From an uncultured Actinomycetota bacterium (GTDB lineage: Bacteria > Actinomycetota > Actinomycetes > Mycobacteriales > Mycobacteriaceae): a stretch of DNA of 32,000 bases. Positions 20,435 to 29,011 of the stretch are shown in pieces (position 1 is the stretch's first letter; every line of letters starts with the position of its first letter). The notes below the pieces were generated by a model, which worked only from the letters and a program-made list of their open reading frames with translations, did no database searches and was not told the DNA's origin. The position numbers and the translations under genes are program-made. The stretch spans positions 65,724-97,723 of the forward strand of contig CAWGCI010000011.1 in assembly GCA_963820985.1 (NCBI GenBank), in the 5' to 3' direction.

Positions 20435-21406
20435 TAGTGGATTGTGCCACCGCCGCGATGTGGCATTAGTGCATTCGGCGGGACTTGACCAAATTTCCCC
20501 GCTTGGTAGTCGTCGAGCGCCTTGATCAATTCGGCTTTCGAGTTCATTACGAAAGGTCCGTAGTGAAATACGGGTTCCCGAATAGGCTGGCCGCCCAGGA
20601 TCAGCACATCAACCGCCTCGTGAATCCTGTCGGCACCGACAGTGATCCGATCGCCGGGTCCTAGAACAGCCAACTGACCCTGGTGGATCGGGTGAGCGTC
20701 CGGACCGACATATCCGCTTCCGGACAACACGTACACCAGCGCGTTGAAGTCAGGCCGCCACGGAATGTTCAGGCGCGCCCCGGCCTGGATCGTCGCGTGC
20801 GCCAGCGTGATCGGGGTGTGGGTGACGCCCGGTCCGCGGTGACCGTCGATCTCACCGGCGATGATGCGCAGCAGCGCTCCGCCGTCGTCGGAGGAGAGCA
20901 ACCGAGCGTCGGTGCCCTCGATGGCCTGATAGCGGGGCGGCGCGAACTTGTCGTTGCGCGGCAGGTTGACCCACAGCTGGACGCCGTGGAAGAGGCCGCC
21001 ACTTTCGACCAGCTCGGCAGGCGGGGTCTCGATGTGCAGGATGCCGGAACCGGCCGTCATCCATTGCGTCGCGCCGTCGGTGATCAGGCCGCCGCCGCCG
21101 TGGGAATCCTGATGCGCGAATTTGCCGTCGATCATGTAGGTGACCGTCTCGAAGCCCCGGTGCGGATGCCAATCGGTGCCCCTGGGCTCGCCCGGCTCGT
21201 AGTCCACCTCGCCCATCTGGTCCATGTGCACGAAGGGATCCAGGGCGGCGGTGCTCACCCCGGCGAAGGCCCGGACCACCGGGAATCCCTCGCCCTCGTA
21301 GCCGCGCGGGCCTGTGGTGATCGATCGAACGGGGCGCTCGGTGTCGGCGGGACCGGCCGGGCGCGACCCGCGCCAACGTGAGCGTGTCTACGGTGATAGC
21401 AGGCAT
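20434..21406 (-). pseudogene. Pirin-family bicupin protein, +1 frame change about 15-20 codons after the start as written
   Basis: The main ORF (20434..21279+) reads ...GYEGEGFPVVRAFAGVSTAALDPFVHMDQMGEVDYEPGEPRGTDWHPHRGFETVTYMIDGKFAHQDSHGGGG...QWMTAGSGILHIE...GVQLWVNLP..., which is pirin-like. That frame has no start codon upstream of 21279. A strong AAGGAG-N6-ATG (ATG 21404-21406, MPAITVDTLTLARVA...) sits in the frame one nt off. Joining them near 21348-21361 gives a protein of about 323 aa. The span is 973 nt, i.e. 3n+1. The stop TAG overlaps the downstream TetR GTG (TAGTG). Confidence 0.7.
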
Positions 21407-21482
21407 TTCTAACTCCTTGCTTGAGCGTTACCCATATAACCGGACTATGGTCCGCTTATTCCCATCTGCCTAGGATGGGCCG

Positions 21483-22910
21483 GTGGACGAACCCCAGCCC
21501 GCAGCGGCCACACCCGCCGGCGCAGGCGGGCGCTTCGGCGCATCGATCCGCACGTCGGGCTATCTGCGCAAGTGGTTCCTGCTGGGCATCACGATCGGTG
21601 TCGTTGCCGGCCTCGGCGCGGTCGTCTTCTATCTCACGCTGAAATACACCGCGGAGTTTCTGCTCGGCTACCTGGCCGGCTACCACCTCCCCACGCCCAT
21701 TGCAGAGGGCGGCAGCCACGGGTCGGCCGGCTTCGTGCGTCCGTGGGCCATTCCGTTGGTGACGACGGCCGGTGCCCTGCTGTCGGCGTTCATCGTGGCC
21801 CGGCTCGCCCCGGAAGCCACCGGCCACGGCACCGACGAAGCCATCGAGGCGGTGCACGGCGATCCGCGCAGCATCCGCTTCCGAGCGGTGCTGGTGAAGA
21901 TTGTGGCCAGCGCGCTGACTATCGGATCGGGCGGTTCGGCCGGCCGCGAAGGCCCGACGGCACAAATCTCGGCCGGCTTCTGCTCGCTGCTGACCCGACG
22001 GCTGCACCTGTCCGACGAGGACGGCCGAACCGCGGTGGCGCTGGGTATCGGGGCGGGCATCGGCGCGATCTTCGCCGCACCCCTGGGCGGGGCGGTGCTG
22101 GCCGCATCGCTGCCCTACCGCGACGACTTCGATTACCGCTGCCTACTGCCGGGTTTCATCACCTCGGGGACCGCATACGCGGTGCTCGGGGCCTTCCTGG
22201 GCTTTGACCCCCTGTTCGGCTACATCGACGCTGAGTATCGGTTCGAAAGAGCCTGGCCGTTGCTGTGGTTCGTGGTCATCGGCCTGGTCGCCGCCGCGGT
22301 CGGCTACCTGTATGCCCGTACCTTCCACGCCTGCGTCGCACTCACCCATCGGCTGCCGGGTGGGCAAGTGCTCAAGCCGGCGATCGGCGGGCTGTTGGTC
22401 GGCCTGCTCGGACTGCTCATCCCCCAGGTCCTGAGCAGTGGCTACGGCTGGGCGCAGCTGGCGGCCGATCGTGGCTCGCTGCTGCAGATCCCGTTGTGGA
22501 TCATCCTCGTGCTGCCGGTCGCCAAGATCGTCGCGACGTCGCTGTCGATCGGCACCGGCGGATCCGGTGGACTGTTCGGGCCGGGGATCGTAATCGGCGC
22601 CTTCGTGGGGGCCGCGATCTGGCGACTGGGCGAGCTGTCCGGGCTGCCCGGGGTGCCCGGCGGGCCGGGAATCTTCGTCGTGGTGGGGATGATGGCGTGT
22701 TTCGGGAGTGTCGCTCGGGCGCCGCTGGCGGTCATGATCATGGTCGCGGAAATGACCGGCTCATTTTCGGTGGTTCCCGGGGCGATCATCGCCGTGGGGA
22801 TCGCATCAATGCTGATGTCGCGCACCAACGTCACGATCTACGAGGCGCAACGGCTGGACCGTCAGGCCGCCGAGGCTGAACGCGATGCCAGCAACACGCG
22901 CCGAACGTGA
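21483..22910 (+). CDS. ClC-family voltage-gated chloride channel / H+-Cl- antiporter homologue
   Basis: GTG 21483, 475 aa, uninterrupted, with many hydrophobic helices. ClC signature blocks GSGGSAGREGP, GIGAGIGAIFAAPLGG and GTGGSGGLFGP are present. There are no C-terminal CBS domains. Confidence 0.9.
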   Translation: MDEPQPAAATPAGAGGRFGASIRTSGYLRKWFLLGITIGVVAGLGAVVFYLTLKYTAEFLLGYLAGYHLPTPIAEGGSHGSAGFVRPWAIPLVTTAGALLSAFIVARLAPEATGHGTDEAIEAVHGDPRSIRFRAVLVKIVASALTIGSGGSAGREGPTAQISAGFCSLLTRRLHLSDEDGRTAVALGIGAGIGAIFAAPLGGAVLAASLPYRDDFDYRCLLPGFITSGTAYAVLGAFLGFDPLFGYIDAEYRFERAWPLLWFVVIGLVAAAVGYLYARTFHACVALTHRLPGGQVLKPAIGGLLVGLLGLLIPQVLSSGYGWAQLAADRGSLLQIPLWIILVLPVAKIVATSLSIGTGGSGGLFGPGIVIGAFVGAAIWRLGELSGLPGVPGGPGIFVVVGMMACFGSVARAPLAVMIMVAEMTGSFSVVPGAIIAVGIASMLMSRTNVTIYEAQRLDRQAAEAERDASNTRRT

Positions 22911-22970
22911 TACCAGGGCGAAAAATTCGCGGATTCTCCGCCGTGAGATCACGCTCGGCGACGCGACGGG

Positions 22971-23519
22971 CTACTTCGTCTTGCGCCGCGCGGTGTTGGC
23001 CGCGCTCTTTTCGGTGGACGAACCCTCGTGGGCCAATTTCCCGCCCGCGCTCTCCAGGTGCGCCCGGACGAACCATTGGAACTTCTCGAGTTCCCGGGCG
23101 TGGCCAATGAGGATGTCTTGAGTGACCGGGTCGAGTTCCTCTGTCTCTTCGACGGCGTGGCGAACGTCTTCGATAACGCCGTTGTAGACCAGGTCCAATG
23201 CCCCTAGATGCGCCGGAACCGTGTCACGGCCGACCGAATAGTCGTCCCAATCGCGATCGTTGATGATCGCGCCCGGGGTGCCCTTTGGCGACGCGCCGAG
23301 AGCCGCGATGCGCTCGGCAACCTCGTCGGCATAGGCGCGCACCTTCAACTTGCGGTCGATCATCTCGTGCACCCCGATAAAGCTGGGACCCACAACGTTC
23401 CAGTGAATGTGCTTGAGCGTCAAATGAAGATCGTTGTAGGTGCTCAGTTGCTTCTGCAGCAGTTCGGCGAGCCGCGCCCCCTGCTTGTCCGTCAACCCCG
23501 GAATGGTGAACTGTGTCAT
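22971..23519 (-). CDS. dps: DNA-binding protein from starved cells (Dps, ferritin-like)
   Basis: Start taken at ATG 23517-23519 (MTQFTIPGLTDKQGARLAELLQKQLSTYNDLHLTLKHIHWNVVGPSFIGVHEMID...DEVAERI...), 182 aa. It has a basic C-terminal tail, STEKSAANTARRKTK. Nearly colinear with M. smegmatis Dps as I remember it. The ORF-track start at 23555 adds 12 residues. Confidence 0.9.
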   Translation of the reverse strand: MTQFTIPGLTDKQGARLAELLQKQLSTYNDLHLTLKHIHWNVVGPSFIGVHEMIDRKLKVRAYADEVAERIAALGASPKGTPGAIINDRDWDDYSVGRDTVPAHLGALDLVYNGVIEDVRHAVEETEELDPVTQDILIGHARELEKFQWFVRAHLESAGGKLAHEGSSTEKSAANTARRKTK

Positions 23520-23572
23520 CGCCCACGGGTACCCGATGCCATGGCTGATAACCACGGCCCTGCATACCAGCC

Positions 23573-24486
23573 TCAGAGCGAGTGGATTTGCTGCACGGGC
23601 AGCCGGGCGCCGCGACGTGGCTCATATGCCAGTCCGCTGGCTTCGAGCAGGCGAACCACCCGGTGGCGGTGTGGGCGCATGGGTTCCAGCAGTTCCAGCA
23701 TGCCGGTGTCGTCGACCGGGCGGCCCAGCAGCGTCCAGCCGATCATCTTCGGGATGTGGTAGTCGCCCACCGACACGGCATCGGCGTCACCGAACGCCCG
23801 CTGCGCGGTCTCGGCGGCGGTCCACTGCCCGACACCCGGCAGCGAGGTCAGCGCTTCGCGTGCCCGGGCCGCCGGCCACGACGCCAGCCGTTCCAGCGAC
23901 GCAGCCCGACTGCGCGCAGCTCACCACCGTCCGGGCCCGCCCTGGGTCGACGTTGGCGCGGTGGAACTCCCACGACGGGATGGTTCGCCACACCTGCGCC
24001 GACGGCGGCACGCGCATGCCGGCCGGCGCCGGACCGGGCGGCGGTGTCCCGTACTTGGTCAGCAGCACCCGCCAGGACCGGAAGGCGTCGGCGCCGGGCA
24101 CCCGCTGCTCGATGACCGCCGGAATCAGGGCTTCCAGCACCTGTCCGGTGCGGCCCAGGCGCAGGTGCGGCACCCGTCGCTGCGCGGCGGCGACCGTCGG
24201 GTCCGTCGGCGCGAAATCCGAGGCGTCGTCATCGGCGCCCAGCAGCGCGGGCAGCCGCTCGATGAATTCCTCTGCTCCCATCGCCCCACGCCGCGCAGTC
24301 GACGGCGTTGGGGGCCGCGCGGCTGATCCGCGCGGTGACGGGTCCGGTGGCCAGCAGGCTGGTGCGCCAGATGACGCCGTCTTCGGCGATCTGAAAGCTC
24401 GGGTCTCGAGGACCCCGGCGCAGCGGCGCCAGCGTGTGCCCGAAGCTGACGGTGCCGAGGAACGTGACCGTGCGCTCGCTCTTCAC
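23573..24486 (-). pseudogene. HhH-GPD superfamily DNA glycosylase-like protein (AlkA-like), two +1 frame changes as written
   Basis: Three successive ORF fragments cover the gene. Fragment 1: MKSERTVTFLGTVSFGHTLAPLRRGPRDPSFQIAEDGVIWRTSLLATGPVTARISRAAPNAVDCAAWG (from 24486). Fragment 2: GAEEFIERLPALLGADDD...RLGRTGQVLEALIPAVIEQRVPGADAFRSWRVLL...WEFHRANVDPGRARTVV (+1 from about 24282-24288). Fragment 3: AARSRAASLERLASWPAARAREALTSLPGVGQWTAAETAQRAFGDADAVSVGDYHIPKMIGW... (+1 again from about 23921) to stop 23573. LPGVGxWTAE followed by a Gly/Asp loop is the helix-hairpin-helix GPD signature. The span is 914 nt, i.e. 3n+2. Confidence 0.65.
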
Positions 24487-24535
24487 CTCAACAGCTCCAT
24501 TGACCGCAATCTGTCTACCGGGACACTATGACCAT

Positions 24536-24934
24536 GTGACCACGCCGTTCGACGACCCGCAGGCCGAACTGGCGTGGATGTTTCTGCAGACCCTGTGCGA
24601 TGGCGCGGATCTCGACGAAGGCCTGGCGCTGCTCAGCGACGACTTCACCTACTGGAGCATCATCACCCGCACTTGCTTCGACAAGGAGACGCTGCGCGCG
24701 GCGATCGAGCAACGCAAACAACTTCTCCCAGAGGTCAACATCGAGCTGATCCGCTGCGTCAACGAGGGCGAAACGGTCGTCATCGAGGGGCACGTCGAGG
24801 CCACCACCGAAACGGGAGCCCGCTACGACAGCCCGTTCGTCTGCATTTTCGATACCCGCGACGGGATGATCGTGTCGATGCGCGAATACAGCGACACCCG
24901 AGTGGCGGCGACGGTGTTTCCCCGGTTCAGTTAG
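24536..24934 (+). CDS. NTF2/SnoaL-like small protein
   Basis: In-frame GTG 24536 gives 132 aa: (M)TTPFDDPQAELAWMFLQTLCDGADLDEGLALLSDDFTYWSIITR...GETVVIEGHVEATTETGARYDSPFVCIFDTRDGMIVSMREYSD, a SnoaL/ketosteroid-isomerase-like pattern. The ORF-track start at 24434 would overlap the divergent glycosylase start. The start choice is uncertain. Stop TAG 24932-24934 overlaps the DUF427 stop. Confidence 0.6.
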   Translation: MTTPFDDPQAELAWMFLQTLCDGADLDEGLALLSDDFTYWSIITRTCFDKETLRAAIEQRKQLLPEVNIELIRCVNEGETVVIEGHVEATTETGARYDSPFVCIFDTRDGMIVSMREYSDTRVAATVFPRFS

Positions 24935-25312
24935 TCACCTACGACGATGATCTCGGCTTTGTTGGGGTAGAAGGCGACGTGCCCGGCGATCGCTGCGACC
25001 GCGGGATAGGGCTCTTCGTACGTACCAGATCGCATCCTCGACGGTGTCACCGGCCGACGTGGTCACGCTGTAGTAGCTGGCGTCCCCCTTGAAGGGACAG
25101 TAGGTCGCGGTGTCGGTTCGGGTCAGCCGGTCTTGAGCCACGTCGGCCAGCGGAATGTATTGCACCGCAGGCAAAGTGGCCTCCTGCAACACCAGCGCCG
25201 CCGTCGTGTCGGCGACGAGCTCGCCGTTGATGCGAACCTGTACCCGTCCCTTGGTCGGCTCGATGGTGATCGGGTGACCGGCGCTGGGTTCTAAGACTTC
25301 CCGGTGGGCCAT
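24931..25312 (-). pseudogene. DUF427-domain protein, one +1 frame change as written
   Basis: ATG 25312 lies 8 nt after GAGGAGG. MAHREVLEPSAGHPITIEPTKGRVQVRINGELVADTTAALVLQEATLPAVQYIPLADV...ATYCPFKGDASYYSV...EDAIW reads in one frame. The conserved tail YEEPYPAVAAIAGHVAFYPNKAEIIVVGD* reads in the +1 frame from about 25017-25024 (sequence tggtacgtacgaagag) to TAA 24931-24933. The span is 382 nt, i.e. 3n+1; the corrected length is 126 aa. Confidence 0.75.
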
Positions 25313-25546
25313 GGTTGATTCCTCCTCAGACGCAGGTACTGGTGCAACACCGACCGGGGCTCAACGCTTCCCGATTTCGGGTGGTCCGAATGCGTAGCGG
25401 TGGTACTGCCCAATCTTCCGCAATGGCGTTACTGCGGCGATCGCCCGGCCCGTGCATCGGCGTCGAGCGCCTTGCCGTACAGCGTCGCCAGCATGGTTTG
25501 GGGCGGCCCGTTCAAGTCGACACGAATGCGCTCCACGTGCGCGAGC

Positions 25547-26572
25547 TTATTCAGGTTGCGCGGCCGGGCTGTTCTTCCTGGTCGTACGCATCGCGGCCCA
25601 GAACCGGGCGGCCTCGCGAATCGATTCCTCGACCGGACGCGGCTGCCAGCCCAGCTCGCGGACCGCCTTGCTGTGATCGACATCGGCTTCGGCGCGCATC
25701 ATCCGCACCGATTTGAGGCTGAGTTCGGCGTCTTTGCCGGTGAGCCGGGCCCTCAGGCTGCCCAGCGCGCCCAGCGCGTACAGCGCCGGCACCGAGATCG
25801 AGCGTGGCGGCGGCGGCACACCGGCCTCGTCGGCCGCGATCCGCACCACCTCCTTCAGCGCGATCATCCGTTCGGAGATGAGGTAGCGCTCGCCGATGCG
25901 TCCGTGTTCGGCGGCGAGAATCATCGCCCTGGCGGCATCGTCGACGCCGACGACTTCCAGCTGGATGCCGTTCATCACGAACGGCAGCTTGCCGAAGACC
26001 GCGCCGGCGATGAAGGCGCCGTGCGGGGTGCGGCCCCAGTCGCCGCTGCCGTAGGTCGTCGAGACGCACATTGCGACGGCGGGCAGGCCGGCCTCGGCCA
26101 CGTACCGCATCACCAGATTCTCGGCCTGAACCCGGGATTGGACGTAGGGAGTCAATCCGCGCGAGCCGATCACGTCGTCCTCGGTCGCCACGTGGCCATG
26201 CCGCCGGCCCACCGTCGCGTAGGTGCTGGTGAAGATGAACCGGTGCAGGTCGGGTTGTTTGACGGCGACATCGAGAACGTTGCGCAGGCCTTCGACGTTG
26301 GTGCGAAACAGCGGCGACGGGTCACGCAACCAGGCGCGGGTGTCGACGACGCAGTAGTACACGTCGTCCACACCGTCCATCGCCTCGCGCAACGCGTCGG
26401 TGTCGAAGACGTCGCCATGAAAGCGGGTGACCTGAAGGTCGTCGATGCCGCGAGTGTTGGCGGTCGGCCGCACCATGGCCCGCACTTGTTCACCGTCGGC
26501 GACCAGTTGGCGGGTGACGTGTGAACCCAGAAAACCGTTGGCGCCGATCACCAGTTTGGGCTTGGTGCTCAC
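25547..26572 (-). CDS. NAD-dependent epimerase/dehydratase family oxidoreductase (extended SDR)
   Basis: Start taken at GTG 26570-26572 ((M)STKPKLVIGANGFLGSHVTRQLVADGEQVRAMVR, a GxxGxxG Rossmann motif), 341 aa, stop TAA 25547-25549. The 417-aa ORF in the track is this gene fused in frame to a frame-shifted piece of the upstream SnoaL gene. Confidence 0.85.
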   Translation of the reverse strand: MSTKPKLVIGANGFLGSHVTRQLVADGEQVRAMVRPTANTRGIDDLQVTRFHGDVFDTDALREAMDGVDDVYYCVVDTRAWLRDPSPLFRTNVEGLRNVLDVAVKQPDLHRFIFTSTYATVGRRHGHVATEDDVIGSRGLTPYVQSRVQAENLVMRYVAEAGLPAVAMCVSTTYGSGDWGRTPHGAFIAGAVFGKLPFVMNGIQLEVVGVDDAARAMILAAEHGRIGERYLISERMIALKEVVRIAADEAGVPPPPRSISVPALYALGALGSLRARLTGKDAELSLKSVRMMRAEADVDHSKAVRELGWQPRPVEESIREAARFWAAMRTTRKNSPAAQPE

Positions 26573-27077
26573 TGCTGACCACCGATCTCGCGCATCCAGC
26601 GCGCGGCGTCGTCGTCGAGGGTGCCCAGCTCCTGCGCCTTCGCGGCACCACTTCAGACCCGCCTGCAGAAAGCGCAGCGGGTTATAGATGTCTTCTCGAC
26701 GGCGCCACAGGCCGTCGCCGGCATAGGTGATGATCGAGATGTTGGTCGCGCTGACCACGCTGCCGTCGCCGGGGTCGCGCATCGGGTTGTCGAGTTCCAT
26801 GATGATCCGCGCCGGTGGACTCGTCGATGACCGACCACAACGACGGGAACGCCACCATGTGGCTGCCCGGGAAGGTCGTCATCGTCCGCTGAATCCAGTC
26901 GCGCACCTGCTCGCGACCTTTCATGGTGCCCATGGCGTGCTCGATGTAGTCGACGTCGGGCGTGTAGTGCTCGACCCAGGCGTCCCAGTCGTGGGTCTCG
27001 GCGGCGCGGGCGACGGTCTCTTCGAATTTCTCGAAGGCCGCGGCCAATTCATTACGGGGGAACTCTGGGCTGCTCAC
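26569..27077 (-). pseudogene. SnoaL/NTF2-like protein, two +1 frame changes as written
   Basis: From ATG 27077: [89 protein letters not shown]. Then RIIMELDNPMRDPGDGSVVSATNISIITYAGDGLWRRREDIYNPLRFLQAGLKWCR reads at +1 from about 26810. Then KAQELGTLDDDAARWMREIGGQQ* reads at +1 again from about 26641. The stop TGA 26569-26571 overlaps the epimerase GTG (GTGA). The span is 509 nt, i.e. 3n+2; the corrected length is 168 aa. Confidence 0.7.
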
Positions 27078-27142
27078 GGAGCCGTTACACCTCAGCGGCG
27101 GAGTGTAGCGTGGGCGTCACGGTTCCTGAGGAGGACAAAGAA

Positions 27143-27658
27143 ATGGCAAGCACCCAAAAAGCGATCCTCGCCGGCGGCTGCTTCTGGGGAATGCAAGACC
27201 TGATCCGCAAGCAGCCGGGTGTGCTTTCGACCCGGGTCGGCTACAGCGGCGGCGAGGTCCCCAACGCGACCTACCGCAATCACGGGATGCACGCCGAGGC
27301 CATCGAAATCGTGTACGACCCGGCGGTCACCGACTACCGCACGCTGCTGGAGTTCTTCTTCCAGATCCACGACCCCACAACGAAGAACCGGCAGGGCAAC
27401 GACAGGGGCCCCAGCTACCGGTCGGCCATCTTCTACCTCGATGACGAGCAGAAGCGAATCGCGCTGGACACCATCGCCGACGTCGAGGCCTCCGGCCTGT
27501 GGCCCGGCAAGGTGGTGACCGAGGTCAGCCCGGCCGGGGATTTCTGGGAGGCCGAGCCCGAGCATCAGGATTACCTCGAGCGCTACCCCAGCGGGTACAC
27601 CTGCCATTACGTGCGTCCCGGCTGGAAATTACCGCGACGGGCTGACGCTAACCAATAG
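27143..27658 (+). CDS. msrA: Peptide-methionine (S)-S-oxide reductase MsrA
   Basis: ATG 27143 lies 8 nt after GAGGAGG (27128-27134). 171 aa: [20 protein letters not shown] (catalytic GCFWG), [70 protein letters not shown]. Confidence 0.92.
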   Translation: MASTQKAILAGGCFWGMQDLIRKQPGVLSTRVGYSGGEVPNATYRNHGMHAEAIEIVYDPAVTDYRTLLEFFFQIHDPTTKNRQGNDRGPSYRSAIFYLDDEQKRIALDTIADVEASGLWPGKVVTEVSPAGDFWEAEPEHQDYLERYPSGYTCHYVRPGWKLPRRADANQ

Positions 27659-28987
27659 ACTCAGCGTCGGCGCACGACGATTCGTCCGCCGTCTTTCGGG
27701 GTGTAGGCGACACCGCGGCAGTACCAGTCCTCGGCGGGGGCGTCGGTGCGTCTCGATAGTGAAGTGGCGCAACACCGTTCGAAGCACCACGTCCATCTCC
27801 ATGTTGGCGAACGCGGCCCCCACACACCGGCGGGTGCCACCGCCGAACGGAATCCACGCGAAGGCGGACGGCTTGGATCCGATGTACCGTTGCGGATCAA
27901 AACGTTCCGGGTTGGGGAAGACGTCGGGGTTGTCGTGTATCTGCGCGATGCTCACGATCATCGAATGCCCGCGCGGGATGACCCATTCGCCGAGTTGGTA
28001 GACCAGCGGATAGATGCTTCGAGCCGCGAAATCGATGACGGTCCTGGACCGTTGGACTTCAAGGATCGTGGCCTGACGCAACTCCTGGCCACCACTGTCG
28101 GCCTCCTCGACCAGCGCCGCCAGCAGATCGGGGTGGCGGGTCACCCGCTCGAACGCCCAGGCCAGCGTGGCGGCGGTGGTTTCGTGCCCGGCGGCCAGCA
28201 GGGTGAGTAGTTCGTCGCCAATGTCCTTGCGCGACATGACCGAACCGTCGTCGTAGGTGCTGCGCAGCATCAACGCGAGCACATCGGTTCGGTCGGCGAA
28301 GTTCGGGTCCGCCCGCTCCGCGGCGATCAGCTTGTCGATGACGATGTCGTACTGGCGCCGCCACCTGTCCAGCCGGCCCCACGGGCTGTAGCGTCCATAA
28401 CTCCGTTTGGGTTTCGGCAGCGCCGCCATGCGCGAGCCGAGGGTGACCCACGGCGGGATGAGTCGGCGCAGCTCGTCGAGTTCGGCGCCGTCGGCCCCGA
28501 ACACCGCGCGCAGGATGGCGTTGAGCGTGATGTGCATCATCGACGGCAGCGTTGGGAACGGTTGGCCTTCCAGCCATTTCGCGGTCTCGCGCAGCGTCTC
28601 TTCTTCGATGATCGCCTCGTAGTTCTTCATGCTCTTGCCGTGGAACGGAGGCGCCAGCAATCGTCGCCGACGGCGGTGCTCCTCGCGATCGAGGGCGAAG
28701 ACCGAGCCGCTTCCGAACACGCGACTCAGATTGGGCTGGATGTTGCCGAGCTCGTCGGGGCTGGTGGTGAAGATCTGCTTGGCCAGCTCCGGCTCAGCGA
28801 CCACAACGACACGGCCGAACATCGGCACGTTCAGCGTGAAGACGTTGCCGTAGCGGCGTACCAGCCGCGGGATTATCCACCGCCGCGACATCGCAAAGGC
28901 CAGGCCCTGGAACACCTTTGGGAGCCGACTGGCCGGGGGCAGCCTGACGGCGGTGGACGCCGGTGGGGCGATGACTGCTTCGCTCAT
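27629..28987 (-). CDS. cyp138: Cytochrome P450 (Cyp138-like by position); C-terminal ~28 codons out of frame as written
   Basis: ATG 28987. Contains the I-helix [13 protein letters not shown], the K-helix EVQR, and the heme-thiolate loop [14 protein letters not shown]. After ...VLRHFTIET the written frame continues [15 protein letters not shown]... to 27629. The +1 frame from about 27748 reads [28 protein letters not shown] (stop 27661-27663), a typical P450 C-terminus. Corrected length is 441 aa; 27661..28987 is 1327 nt, i.e. 3n+1. Confidence 0.85.
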   Translation of the reverse strand: MSEAVIAPPASTAVRLPPASRLPKVFQGLAFAMSRRWIIPRLVRRYGNVFTLNVPMFGRVVVVAEPELAKQIFTTSPDELGNIQPNLSRVFGSGSVFALDREEHRRRRRLLAPPFHGKSMKNYEAIIEEETLRETAKWLEGQPFPTLPSMMHITLNAILRAVFGADGAELDELRRLIPPWVTLGSRMAALPKPKRSYGRYSPWGRLDRWRRQYDIVIDKLIAAERADPNFADRTDVLALMLRSTYDDGSVMSRKDIGDELLTLLAAGHETTAATLAWAFERVTRHPDLLAALVEEADSGGQELRQATILEVQRSRTVIDFAARSIYPLVYQLGEWVIPRGHSMIVSIAQIHDNPDVFPNPERFDPQRYIGSKPSAFAWIPFGGGTRRCVGAAFANMEMDVVLRTVLRHFTIETHRRPRRGLVLPRCRLHPERRRTNRRAPTLSLLVSVSPSR

Positions 28988-29011
28988 GGCGTGGCGCTCC
29001 CAACATCATGC

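Noticed and set aside
21407-21482. Possible fluoride riboswitch or other leader upstream of the ClC gene
   Set aside because: ClC-F genes are often preceded by a crcB fluoride riboswitch. This 76-nt spacer shows only two short inverted repeats (CCATA...TATGG 21432-21450; CCCATC-N7-GATGGG 21461-21479). I cannot find the conserved crcB motif elements. The spacer is more simply a divergent promoter region shared with pirin.
22911-22970. Bidirectional intrinsic terminator between the convergent ClC and dps genes
   Set aside because: Only three very short palindromes are present (GCGAA-AAA-TTCGC, GCGGA-TTC-TCCGC, CGTGA-GA-TCACG), with 5-bp stems, tiny loops and no U-tract. This is not convincing as a terminator.
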